This document shows, in pieces, positions 26,300 through 35,891 of a stretch of 45,265 nt of DNA. Under the pieces are notes generated by a model that was given only the letters and a program-made list of their open reading frames with translations, made no database searches and had not been told where the DNA came from. The DNA lies in contig JBBRPR010000065.1 in assembly GCA_038227875.1 (NCBI GenBank), positions 1-45,265 of the forward strand. Direction: 5' to 3'. The stretch is from Planctomycetota bacterium. GTDB lineage: Bacteria > Planctomycetota > SZUA-567 > H5-PLA8. A program made the position numbers and the translations under genes. Numbering within the stretch: position 1 is the stretch's first letter; the number at the start of each line of letters is the position of its first letter.

Positions 26300-28171
26300 G
26301 TGGCGACCGCGGCTGAGAAAACAAAAGAGCCGACTGTCGCGCGCCAGCTTGCGAATGACGGTGCGGTGTTTGTCTCATTGGGCGGGGTTGCGTTTGTTGT
26401 CAGCGCCTTGTTGACGCACTTTTTCTCGATAGACACGCACGAGACACTGACAATCGCAACTTTTGGCGGTGCTTGCACATTTGTATTTATGGTAACGGGA
26501 CTATTGAAATTCATTTGGGCCAGACAAGCGGGGCTGACGACCGGAGTACAAGCACTCCTCATATACCTCTGCTGGGCTGCTCTCGTCCTACTCGGTACAT
26601 CCTTATTTGGTTTTATGCTTCCGCGCTTTCTGAATTGGCCCGCAAGCGAGGCCCGAGACTTCTTCCTATGGACTCTCGGTTTTTTACTGATCACCCTGCT
26701 CCCTGTAGCCGTTGGAACTCTTGAGCGATTCCCACTTGTGCGCCGTAGTGGTTGCACAATCACGGTTAGTTGGCTGAGCCTGATATATTGCTGGGCGACG
26801 ATTCGCTTCGCGCCCAGATTCGAGCTCTCGCTCACCAGCACCGCCACAGTTCTCGCGCTCGCGCTGGGCGCTGGAATTTCCGTCCTCTTTATGATGATCG
26901 GAATATCGTTGCTTCGAAGGATTGGCTGCGCGAATCAAAAGACCCGTACAACCGATTGGATCTGCCGAGCTACGGCGTTGAATGTCTGCTTAATGATCAT
27001 CACGCTCCTGTGGTTCTTGCCGCTGAATCCCATCCGTTTTCTTACCATCGCGGCAACACTTTTTTTGGGGACTGTTGCAATCGTCCTCGGTTCACTATTG
27101 GCGCATTGGCGGCATGCGGGACGGATCTCAATTCGGCGGCGAATCCTGGTAACCACGCCGGTTTTGATCCTCGCTTTTCCGTTGGTAGTCGCGGCCGGGA
27201 CGTACGCATCACTTACGTCGCACCGATACTATCTTTCCGTCGGACATGACTATTGGGTTTGGCATGTTCCTGAAATCCTCCGCGCGCCGATAGTCAGAAC
27301 TGTGGTATGGGCGCAGCCGAATCTGGAAAAAGAAGCGTACACGGACGGGTTGGTCTCGACGGCAGAACTTAGAGAAGCAGCTTTGACGGATGACAAATAT
27401 CATACGTTGCGAGCACTAATCTGGTTGGCATGGTGCGAACGGGATCCAGAATCCGCGCTTTCGGCGGGGCTTGCAATTCCGCCCCTTGTTGGGAGCGAGG
27501 ACGCCAATTCCCCTTACGACTATTGGGGCGCGGGAATGGTGATTGGCAAGTTGGGCACGGACGACGACATTCGCGCGCGTCTGACGAATAACTACGGTAC
27601 CGGGCTTGCGGGAGGAACATTGGCGGGATTGCTTCATATTCCAGAGCGTGCTTCCCGCCTGCGCTTTGACGTCATCCATTATTTTACCGCGTCGGGTAGC
27701 GAGCACAGCCCATGGTACTGGTTTCTGGATAAGCTTCCCGCGGACGCTGATGCTGTCCTCAAGGCAAAGATGACCTCTTCGGGACTAAAAGACTACGGTT
27801 CACTCCGAAACGCATTGGGAAATGCAACCTACCATATAGCGCTGAAAGAGTGCGCTTTGAGCTCTGACGACGTGGTTCTCCGAAAGATCGCAATTGAGAA
27901 TTATGTTGCTACAGGAAATTCGGAATACTTTACGCACATGCTTAAAGCCGCTCGCGGTCTTTTGCCCAATTCGGATGCAGACGAGCAGCGCGCCAGCGCA
28001 CACTACTTCGATATTTTTTTCCAGAAGGAAAAATCGCAGTTCTCCAATTTTACTCTCGACCCTCTCGCCACCCCCACGCCACTCACCCCGCAGGAGCTCG
28101 ACGCCATCGACAAAATCTGCAAGGATGCCGAAGAGAAGCTGAAAGCCACCTCTCCGTTTTCGAACAACTGA
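26300..28171 (+). CDS. Hypothetical ~9-TM membrane protein with C-terminal soluble domain, paralog 1
   Basis: Nine hydrophobic segments then ~320 aa soluble region; shares WVWHxPExLRAP, WxERDP and AAxGxLPxxDxDExR with the next two ORFs. Confidence 0.85.
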   Translation: MATAAEKTKEPTVARQLANDGAVFVSLGGVAFVVSALLTHFFSIDTHETLTIATFGGACTFVFMVTGLLKFIWARQAGLTTGVQALLIYLCWAALVLLGTSLFGFMLPRFLNWPASEARDFFLWTLGFLLITLLPVAVGTLERFPLVRRSGCTITVSWLSLIYCWATIRFAPRFELSLTSTATVLALALGAGISVLFMMIGISLLRRIGCANQKTRTTDWICRATALNVCLMIITLLWFLPLNPIRFLTIAATLFLGTVAIVLGSLLAHWRHAGRISIRRRILVTTPVLILAFPLVVAAGTYASLTSHRYYLSVGHDYWVWHVPEILRAPIVRTVVWAQPNLEKEAYTDGLVSTAELREAALTDDKYHTLRALIWLAWCERDPESALSAGLAIPPLVGSEDANSPYDYWGAGMVIGKLGTDDDIRARLTNNYGTGLAGGTLAGLLHIPERASRLRFDVIHYFTASGSEHSPWYWFLDKLPADADAVLKAKMTSSGLKDYGSLRNALGNATYHIALKECALSSDDVVLRKIAIENYVATGNSEYFTHMLKAARGLLPNSDADEQRASAHYFDIFFQKEKSQFSNFTLDPLATPTPLTPQELDAIDKICKDAEEKLKATSPFSNN

Positions 28172-28188
28172 ATGCGCGGAGTAATCGA

Positions 28189-30177
28189 GTGACAACACCG
28201 TCTGACTCCGACACAGCGCTGCGTGTTGCGCTCGCCCGCCGGATCGCGAAGGACGGGGTGGTGTTTCTGGGGCTCGCGTATCTGGCGGGGCTGATCAGCC
28301 TCGGCGCAGCCTTTGTGTTTTCCGCGGATTCCAATGAACGGCTTCCGGTTCTGGGGCTGAGCATCAGCTGTTCGTTTGTCCTGGCCTTGTTTGGACTGTG
28401 GAAATTTCTGGTCTCGCGCAAGACGGGCATCAAGTCGGCGCTCAACAGCTTCGGTCCGGTGGCGGCGTGGCTTTACTGCGTCTGGCTGGCGATCGGAATT
28501 TTTGGATACGCGCTGCCTCGATTGTTGCAGTGGAATCTCCAGAACAGCGCACTTCTCACCATCCTTTCCGCGGTCTTCCTGGGAATCGGACTTCCGCTGG
28601 TATGGGGCATGGTGCGCAGTGATACGCCGGCCCGGCGCAGTTGCTATGCGATCGTGGGGAGTTTGATGTGCCTGCTGTACACGTGGGCTTTGCTCTACGC
28701 ACCGGATTGCCATGTCCTGATCTACGGCCTCCAGGAATCGCTTCGCCGGGATTTTTGGGATGACGTCAGGCCCGTGGCTTGGAGTTGCATTTTCGCTGCG
28801 TTGATGGTCTCGATACCGCTCTTGATTTTCGGCCTGCAGGAACTTCGCTCTGCAGGTAGGACGCGTTCCAACAGATGGATTCGAGGCGGGGCATGGTTGT
28901 ATGTCGGCATGCTCGCGATCACTGGCGCGTGTTTTATGCCGATTCGTCTCGCGACGTACTGGGGATTTGCGGCTGCGATTCTGCTGACGGCGCTCGCCCT
29001 GGCGCTCGGGTCCATTCTCGCTCATCTTCGCCAGCGGGGAGGAATTTCTTTCAAACGCCGCGCGCTGTTTACGGCACCGCTGTTGATGCTGACGCTGCCG
29101 CTGATCATCGCGGCGGGGATCGCCGGTTCGGTGTGCGCACTGAGTCGCGCGAACTTTAGCAAGAGTTATTCTCCACAGGGAGATTGGGTCTGGCACCTGC
29201 CCGAGTTGCTGCGCGCTCCAATCGCGCGCCTGATCGCGCTGGAAAGTGAAGAGGCCACGTATGGTGTCTATATTAACGGCCTGGTTTCCAATTCCGAAGT
29301 TCAGGCTCAAGCGCTCGGGACAGCCTCTCAATCTTTCCGTAGTTGGCAGTGGGCTGTCGTATGGAATTCCTGGTGCGAGCGTGATCCGGTGGCAGTTCTC
29401 GCGGCAGCCAACTCAGTCCCTCCTGTAGTCAGCGTTGCGGCAACGGCAACCGACTACGATGAGGGTGCTGGACTCGCACTGGGCAAAATTGGCAGTGACG
29501 AGGATGTTCGCGCGCATTTGAATGGAACCTATAGCAAGAAACTGGTGAATGGAATGCTGGATGCATTAACCCCGGCGCGCACGACTCGCCTGCAGCCCGA
29601 GTTGGTTCAGTACATGTCCTCCTACGCTTTCAGCCCGCTAAATCAGGAGGCATGGGTCTGGTTCGTGCGCCGGTTGCCTGTGGAAGCGGAAGTCGTCGTC
29701 CTGAAAAAGTTGGATACCCCCTCGGCGGACACGACCGAGCTATTCATGTCGGTGTTGCAAACCGGTGCTATCTCCCAAAAAATGATCGAGAAGGCGCTGG
29801 TCTCGTCCGATGTCATGATCCGCAAATGCATGCTGCAATTTTACAATGTTCCGTTCGACGGTCGGCGCATCGCCCAGCACATGCTCGCCGCCGCAAAAGG
29901 CCGGCTGCCCAAAGCGGATGCCGATGAACGGCGTGCCGGTGCGCAGCGGCTCCAACGTCTCTTCCATATTCCCGACGTCAGTCCTGAACCCAATTACCAA
30001 TTGATCCCTCCTCCGCCATTAACGCCAGAAGATCTGCTCCGAAGTTTTCAATTGAATCCCTCAACTGTGAACCGGATCGAGCCTCTCTCTACCGAAGACG
30101 CGGCGAACATCGACCGGATCTGCAATTTTGCCGAGGACTGGCTTGCCAAGCATCCGGACGAGGAGCCGCAGGAATGA
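28189..30177 (+). CDS. Hypothetical ~9-TM membrane protein, paralog 2
   Basis: Same motif order as paralogs 1 and 3; GGAG before GTG. Confidence 0.85.
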   Translation: MTTPSDSDTALRVALARRIAKDGVVFLGLAYLAGLISLGAAFVFSADSNERLPVLGLSISCSFVLALFGLWKFLVSRKTGIKSALNSFGPVAAWLYCVWLAIGIFGYALPRLLQWNLQNSALLTILSAVFLGIGLPLVWGMVRSDTPARRSCYAIVGSLMCLLYTWALLYAPDCHVLIYGLQESLRRDFWDDVRPVAWSCIFAALMVSIPLLIFGLQELRSAGRTRSNRWIRGGAWLYVGMLAITGACFMPIRLATYWGFAAAILLTALALALGSILAHLRQRGGISFKRRALFTAPLLMLTLPLIIAAGIAGSVCALSRANFSKSYSPQGDWVWHLPELLRAPIARLIALESEEATYGVYINGLVSNSEVQAQALGTASQSFRSWQWAVVWNSWCERDPVAVLAAANSVPPVVSVAATATDYDEGAGLALGKIGSDEDVRAHLNGTYSKKLVNGMLDALTPARTTRLQPELVQYMSSYAFSPLNQEAWVWFVRRLPVEAEVVVLKKLDTPSADTTELFMSVLQTGAISQKMIEKALVSSDVMIRKCMLQFYNVPFDGRRIAQHMLAAAKGRLPKADADERRAGAQRLQRLFHIPDVSPEPNYQLIPPPPLTPEDLLRSFQLNPSTVNRIEPLSTEDAANIDRICNFAEDWLAKHPDEEPQE

Positions 30178-30282
30178 GCAGCGGATGGCTTCAAATTATC
30201 CTGTGACCCCCCATTACTTCACAGGTTAGGTGAATCGCACGGCCCGGTCCTTAGCCGTCCGGTTTCCCAGGAGAGCGTAGGC

Positions 30283-32244
30283 GTGACCTCAACGTCCCTA
30301 ATGGTTGATTCTTCCGAAGATGCGCTGCGCTCGCGGCGGTGCGTCAAGGATGGGTTGATGTTCCTCGGGTTGGGCTTCGTTGCAGCGCTAATGGCGGTGG
30401 GCGCGATGCTGCTTGCCACACGTGATTCGCAGGAAGCGCTGACGGGTCTGGGCGTTGGCGGCGCGGCGGCGGCGGTGTTCACGGGGATTGGGCTGCTCAA
30501 GCTGGCTCAAGCGCGACACGCGGGGAAGAAGTCCCTCGGGCTGGGCGCGGCAAGTTTTGTGGGCGTCATGTACATCGCGGTGGTCTTCCTGCTGGTGTGC
30601 GGATTTCTGCTGCCCCTCGCGCTGGAGCGGTATCTGGGGTCGTTCACGAATTTGATTTCCTGGTCGCTGCCGGTGCTATCGGCTGCGGTGTGGCTGGTCT
30701 TGCAGATCCGCAAAACCGATCTGGCTCCCGCGCGACGCGGGCTGTTGGCGCTGGCGGGAAGTTACCTGAGTCTGCTTTACATCTGGGGCTTGCTGGTCTC
30801 CATGCGCTGGCATTGGCTGGTGTTTGGGGTTCGCGTGGTCGCTCATCATGACAGCGAATTTTTTAACGCGCGCTTGCAGACGATGATTACGTGCATGTCG
30901 GTGGCTGGCGTCGCCGCGCTCCTGTTCCTGCTGACGGGGGCGCGGATCCTTCGGCGCGCTCCGGCCATGTCCACGTGGGTTCGCTCGGCGTTGTGGTGGT
31001 GCATGAGCCTGCTGGTGGCGACGATCGCGTGTTTCACGGCCGACCGGCTGGTTAACTACTGGTTCGTGGTCGCCGGCGTGTTCTGTTTGGCAGGCGCCCT
31101 GACGATCGGCTCGGTGCTCGCGCATTTCCGGCAGCCGGGCGCGGTTTCCCTTGGGCGGCGCGCAGTGTTCACGCTGCCGCTGTTGCTACTCGCCGTGCCT
31201 CTGGTCACGGCCGTGAGCATGTTCGGATCGGTGTTCTGGATCTGGAATTACTACGACTTGCACGATACCCACCGGCAAGACTGGGTCTGGCATGCTCCCG
31301 AGTTTCTCCGGGCGCCGCTGGCAGAGAAACTGGCTGGCGTTAACGCGAATTTTGAAATGGCAATCTATTACCAGGGCCTGGTCTCCACCGCAGATCTGAA
31401 AAAGGAGGCGCTTGCGCTCTCTCCGAAACCCTGGCGCATGTACGGCGGCATGCTGGGCATCGGTGATCCAGTATGGCAAGCGTGGTACGAACGCGATCCG
31501 CAGGACGCGTTCACTACCGCGGTCGCCGTTCCCGCTCAGCCCCCGGGATCGAAATTGAATGCGACCTGTTACGATTTCGGAGCAGGAACAGTGATTGGAG
31601 TGGCAGGCTCCGATGCAGAGATCCGCACGCGTCTTGGCGGTGGGTACAGCGTGACGTACGTGGATGGCCTGCTGGAATCACTGACGCCTGTACAGCGGCG
31701 GCATTTTGAGACGGAGATCATCGCGTACTTTACCAAATTTGGCGGCGATCCCATGGGCTGGAACTGGCTGGAACGCTCGTTGCCAAAGGCGGCGAAGACT
31801 GTGATCGAGGCGCAACTGCAGGCGCCATCGGGGGTGAATTACAGCAGTCTCCAGATTTCACTGCTCGGGTATTATGGGCACGACGATTTGATCGACATCG
31901 CGCTGCACTCCAATGACGTCGAGGTCCGGAAGATCGGTATGAAGGCGCATGAAATGCGCTTTCCTCAAAACGCCGATGCAGCCTTCCTCCGACGGATGTT
32001 GGAAGCCGCCAAAGGCCTCTTGCCGAATGCCGATGGGGATGAACAACGGGGGGCCGCGTCCGTCCTAACCAACCGTTGCCGCGTGCCGGGGTCTCTTTTT
32101 ACACTCAACGCAGTCAATTACGTCGTCAATACCACTGTCTCCCCAGCGCCACTCACCGCCTCGGAAAGTCAAAATATCCAGTCGACCTGCAATCAGGCGG
32201 AAACGTATATCCAAACGCACTTCACCTCCCCGACGGACAAGTAA
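30283..32244 (+). CDS. Hypothetical ~9-TM membrane protein, paralog 3
   Basis: Same motif order as paralogs 1 and 2; AGGAG upstream. Confidence 0.85.
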   Translation: MTSTSLMVDSSEDALRSRRCVKDGLMFLGLGFVAALMAVGAMLLATRDSQEALTGLGVGGAAAAVFTGIGLLKLAQARHAGKKSLGLGAASFVGVMYIAVVFLLVCGFLLPLALERYLGSFTNLISWSLPVLSAAVWLVLQIRKTDLAPARRGLLALAGSYLSLLYIWGLLVSMRWHWLVFGVRVVAHHDSEFFNARLQTMITCMSVAGVAALLFLLTGARILRRAPAMSTWVRSALWWCMSLLVATIACFTADRLVNYWFVVAGVFCLAGALTIGSVLAHFRQPGAVSLGRRAVFTLPLLLLAVPLVTAVSMFGSVFWIWNYYDLHDTHRQDWVWHAPEFLRAPLAEKLAGVNANFEMAIYYQGLVSTADLKKEALALSPKPWRMYGGMLGIGDPVWQAWYERDPQDAFTTAVAVPAQPPGSKLNATCYDFGAGTVIGVAGSDAEIRTRLGGGYSVTYVDGLLESLTPVQRRHFETEIIAYFTKFGGDPMGWNWLERSLPKAAKTVIEAQLQAPSGVNYSSLQISLLGYYGHDDLIDIALHSNDVEVRKIGMKAHEMRFPQNADAAFLRRMLEAAKGLLPNADGDEQRGAASVLTNRCRVPGSLFTLNAVNYVVNTTVSPAPLTASESQNIQSTCNQAETYIQTHFTSPTDK

Positions 32245-32296
32245 GTTCCGCCGCGTGACGCTGTACACCGAAAGCCGCTGTGGTAAATTATTCCAC

Positions 32297-34510
32297 ATGA
32301 CTGATAACCTCTTTTTGTCCTTCTTCGACCTCTCGCGGCCGTCGATGCGCGAGGCGAAGGCTCAGCTTGATTCTGGTAACGTTCATGGCGCGGCGTTGAC
32401 TGCCGCGCGCAATGCGTCCGAAGGCCCCGTCGCGAGCGTGATTCACGGACGCGATGTGGCGTCGACCCGCGATGCGATTCAGAAGCATTTTCCGCGCAGC
32501 GTCGATGTCCTCGTGAAGTCCGCGGAGCTCTGGCAGCGCAGCGCGATTCCGCCGCCGGAGGACATGGGCTACGTCGACAATTGCAAGTACGGCGGCCTCG
32601 CGCGCTCGGGAAGAAAGCGCGGCACCGAATCGCTGATCCTTGCGTTGCTCTACGGCACCACCGGCGAGAAGTCGTGGGCCGAAGCGGCGATCCAGGCCGG
32701 TGTCAAAGCCGCAGCCGCGATGCCCGAACTGCCGCACGGAAAAGGCCCGGTGCCGCCGGAGAACTCCGGCATCGTCACCAGCGAAGCGATGGCGACGAAC
32801 ATGCCTGCGTACTCGTGGCATCCGCTCTCGAGCGGCCACATGAGCCACGACGGCGCGCATCAGCTTCAATACTGGATGCAGGCGTGGGCGATCTTAAGCC
32901 CCGCGATGAGCGACGAAGACCGCCTGTCGTGGATGAAATGCATCGTCCGCTACTCGCGCGACATGCTGCGCGCCAACCGCCATGAGATTCCGTTCAATCT
33001 GACCTTCCATCCGCTGCTGCCGTGCCTGCAGGTGGCCGTCGCATTTCCAGCGCTGAAGGAATCGAAGGAGTGGATCAAGATTGTCGGCGGCCGCATCGCG
33101 CAGGATTTCTCGCAGTTGCCATCGGTCAATGAGGAAGGCTACACGCGCGAAGGGTCCAGCTACCATAACGTCAACACGCGGCTGCTGACCTTGTCTCATC
33201 TCATATTTTTGCGCGGACTGGGCGAGGCGGTCCCGGCCATCGCGAAGGCGTGCGAAGGTGCGTATCACTTGCAGACGACATTCGTCTGTCCCGACGGCTC
33301 GCTCTTTCTGCTTGGCGATTCGCTCCATCTCGCCTACCACGAACACTGGCAGGACGCGCACGAAGCGCTGCAACTCGGCGCGGCGTTGTTCAACCGGCCC
33401 GAATGGAAGACGATGGGCGGTTCGCTGGCGGGCACCGATCCGCAGCTGCTGAATCTGTGGCTGATGGGCGCGGAAGGCATCGACCGCTGGCGTTCGTTCC
33501 CGAGCGCCGATGTCCGCAAGCGCACGCTGCCGACGACGCGTGCGCCGCTGGCCGCTTTTCACACGCTGCGCTCCGGTCCTGGCGCGGACGGGCATGCGGG
33601 AATCCTGTGCTTCGGCATGGAGCACAACCACGCGCACCACGACAAGGGACAGTCGCTGATTTACGGGCTGGGCCGGCATCTCATTTCCGATCCCGGTCAT
33701 CCCGGCTATCCCGGCACCGACATGGTCCCGGCGATGAGCGTCAAGGTTCATGCGTCGGCTTCGCCGATCCGCCGCGCGCCGCTGGGGCCGCGGACGGAGT
33801 TCACGGACTTCGCCCGGACGCTTGGCCAGTACGAAGACGAGAAGATTTCGATCGCGCTCTGCGAGCATACCTATTTCGAGAATCATCTGGTCCAGCGCGC
33901 GATGGCGCTGGTCTCGCCGCAGGGCAAGACGTCGCCGGACGCGTTCTGGCTGATCTGGGACTTCATGAAATTCCGTCGTCCGTGGCCGGCGGGCGCCAAC
34001 GAGCCGATTGAGATGGTCGATACAATTTTCCCGTTCCATGCGCCCGCGTGCGGCGCGAAAATTTCGAGCGACGGACGCTCGGCGTGGAGCCAGTACGACG
34101 GGCCGGAAGGACTGCCGTTCGTCCAGCGCGGTCCCATGCGCAAGGAATACGCAGAAGGCAACGAACTCTCGGATTCCGACGCGAACATCCAGGTCACGCG
34201 CATCGCCACGACCGGAAGCGGCGCAGCCTGCGACGTGGAATTGCGCGCCGGCCAGACGGTTTCGCACGGCGGCGCGCCGGGCGGATTCGTGCCGCGGCCG
34301 ATGGCCGCCTTCCGTTGGCGCGGGTACCTGCCGCACGTCTCGGCGTATGTGCTCGTCCCGTTCCGCGGCGTACGCGACGCGGAGTTCGCTCAGGTCAGCG
34401 GCGAGACGGACGCCAATACGCTGCATGCTTCGGTGGTGCTGCCAAGCGGGAAAGTCGACGTCAACGTCACGGGCTTCGCGAGCGGGAAGTTCAGCGCAAA
34501 GGTCTCGTAG
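32297..34510 (+). CDS. Heparinase II/III-like polysaccharide/oligosaccharide lyase family protein
   Basis: Helical N-half with FN..H and EGYTREGSSYHN; PDGSLFLLGDS; HNHAHHDKG; LISDPG..GY in the beta-sandwich half; no signal peptide seen. Confidence 0.75.
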   Translation: MTDNLFLSFFDLSRPSMREAKAQLDSGNVHGAALTAARNASEGPVASVIHGRDVASTRDAIQKHFPRSVDVLVKSAELWQRSAIPPPEDMGYVDNCKYGGLARSGRKRGTESLILALLYGTTGEKSWAEAAIQAGVKAAAAMPELPHGKGPVPPENSGIVTSEAMATNMPAYSWHPLSSGHMSHDGAHQLQYWMQAWAILSPAMSDEDRLSWMKCIVRYSRDMLRANRHEIPFNLTFHPLLPCLQVAVAFPALKESKEWIKIVGGRIAQDFSQLPSVNEEGYTREGSSYHNVNTRLLTLSHLIFLRGLGEAVPAIAKACEGAYHLQTTFVCPDGSLFLLGDSLHLAYHEHWQDAHEALQLGAALFNRPEWKTMGGSLAGTDPQLLNLWLMGAEGIDRWRSFPSADVRKRTLPTTRAPLAAFHTLRSGPGADGHAGILCFGMEHNHAHHDKGQSLIYGLGRHLISDPGHPGYPGTDMVPAMSVKVHASASPIRRAPLGPRTEFTDFARTLGQYEDEKISIALCEHTYFENHLVQRAMALVSPQGKTSPDAFWLIWDFMKFRRPWPAGANEPIEMVDTIFPFHAPACGAKISSDGRSAWSQYDGPEGLPFVQRGPMRKEYAEGNELSDSDANIQVTRIATTGSGAACDVELRAGQTVSHGGAPGGFVPRPMAAFRWRGYLPHVSAYVLVPFRGVRDAEFAQVSGETDANTLHASVVLPSGKVDVNVTGFASGKFSAKVS

Positions 34511-34571
34511 CGCAGCGCCAAGACGTGACGGGGCGAAAAAGGTAACGGTATTCATAATGATTCCTGATGGG

Positions 34572-34608
34572 AACCCGCTGATAAATTGGGGCAGCGGGTT
34601 TTTTATTT
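34572..34608 (+). terminator. Probable intrinsic terminator
   Basis: AACCCGCTG/CAGCGGGTT stem followed by TTTTATTT. Confidence 0.65.
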
Positions 34609-34641
34609 AGGACGAGTTACTTCGAGGTGGTTCGACAACTA

Positions 34642-35856
34642 CTATAGCCGGCCGAGCGTGGATGACGTGAGGCCTACGGACGACGAAGGCACCGCCTGTT
34701 CAACGGGCGGGGCGAGGTATTGATCGATCACGAACGACAGGCCTTGAATCACGACGACGCTGAAGACCACGCCTTCGGCGACGCCGGGGGTGAAGAGGCG
34801 CAGGAGCACTTCAATGACGCCGAAGGCCACGCCTGCGTAGATCTTCCCGGCGAACGAGCGCGGGGCGCAGGTCGGGTCGGCGGCGAGGTAGAAGATCGCC
34901 AGCAACGTGCTGCCGGAGAGCAGGTGAATCGGGATGTTCTCGGAGATCACGGCCGGGTTGGCGCTGCTGCCGGCCATCCAGGCGAACAGATGCAACCCGC
35001 CAAACATCGTCGCCAGCGCCGAGAGCGGCAGCGCCCAGTGGACGGCGCCGGTGAAGACCAGCAGCAGGATGCCAAGAAAGAGCGCCAGCGCGCTGGCTCC
35101 GCCGATGGTCGCCGGCACGTAGCCGAGAATCATCTGCAGCATGTCGTAGGGCTTTTCGTTGTTGGCGTTGCCCAGCGAGACCTTGCTGACGTCACGGCCG
35201 GGCTGCGCTTTCACTTCGTCGATCGGGCGGGGGCCGCTGAGCGAATCCTTCTGGGAGCGGATGTCGCCCCCGAAGAAATCATTGAGCAGCTGCTGGACAA
35301 CTTCGGCCATCGCTTTGCCGCCGTTGGCACTGGGCGCCTGCGGCCGCGAGATACCGCGGCTGAGTTCCGGCCACTGCGCCTGTCCGTTGTTGGTCGAGAG
35401 CATGAAGTTTTCGTGCGAGATGGACTGTCCGGCGAAGGCGCCAAGGTAAAGCGCGACCAGCCCGATCACCGCCGGCTGGAAGAAGGACATGTTGTCGATG
35501 GCGCTCCAGTACTTGCCCACGACGATGGCGACGAGGGAGCCGAGTACCGGCACCCACCAGCCAACATTGGGCGGCATGAACAGCGCCAGGATCAGGCCCG
35601 TGAGCAGCCAGATGCCATCACCGGTGCCGACCGAATCCGTCCAGATGTACTTGTGGCAGACGATGTCGGTGACCAGGGCGGTGAGCACGGAGATGGTGAC
35701 GATCAGTCCCGCCCACCAGCCGAAGACGAACATGCCGACCATGATGGCGGGGATGAGCGAGACGGTGGCCGTGAAGCGTCGCGAGGCCAGAGCCTGCTGG
35801 TCGGGAGGCACGGATGAACGCCAGAGCAGGTAGCTGTGTATCTGAGTCGGGTACAT
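34642..35856 (-). CDS. RnfD/NqrB-family membrane protein, divergent
   Basis: LLTGLILALFMPP..WW, IHLLSGS, ADP..AP, EGVVF..IDQY follow the RnfD layout; flavinylation motif altered (see findings). Confidence 0.8.
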   Translation of the reverse strand: MYPTQIHSYLLWRSSVPPDQQALASRRFTATVSLIPAIMVGMFVFGWWAGLIVTISVLTALVTDIVCHKYIWTDSVGTGDGIWLLTGLILALFMPPNVGWWVPVLGSLVAIVVGKYWSAIDNMSFFQPAVIGLVALYLGAFAGQSISHENFMLSTNNGQAQWPELSRGISRPQAPSANGGKAMAEVVQQLLNDFFGGDIRSQKDSLSGPRPIDEVKAQPGRDVSKVSLGNANNEKPYDMLQMILGYVPATIGGASALALFLGILLLVFTGAVHWALPLSALATMFGGLHLFAWMAGSSANPAVISENIPIHLLSGSTLLAIFYLAADPTCAPRSFAGKIYAGVAFGVIEVLLRLFTPGVAEGVVFSVVVIQGLSFVIDQYLAPPVEQAVPSSSVGLTSSTLGRL

Positions 35857-35891
35857 CTCGGATCCTGTCTCTCGAATGAAAACGGTACGCT

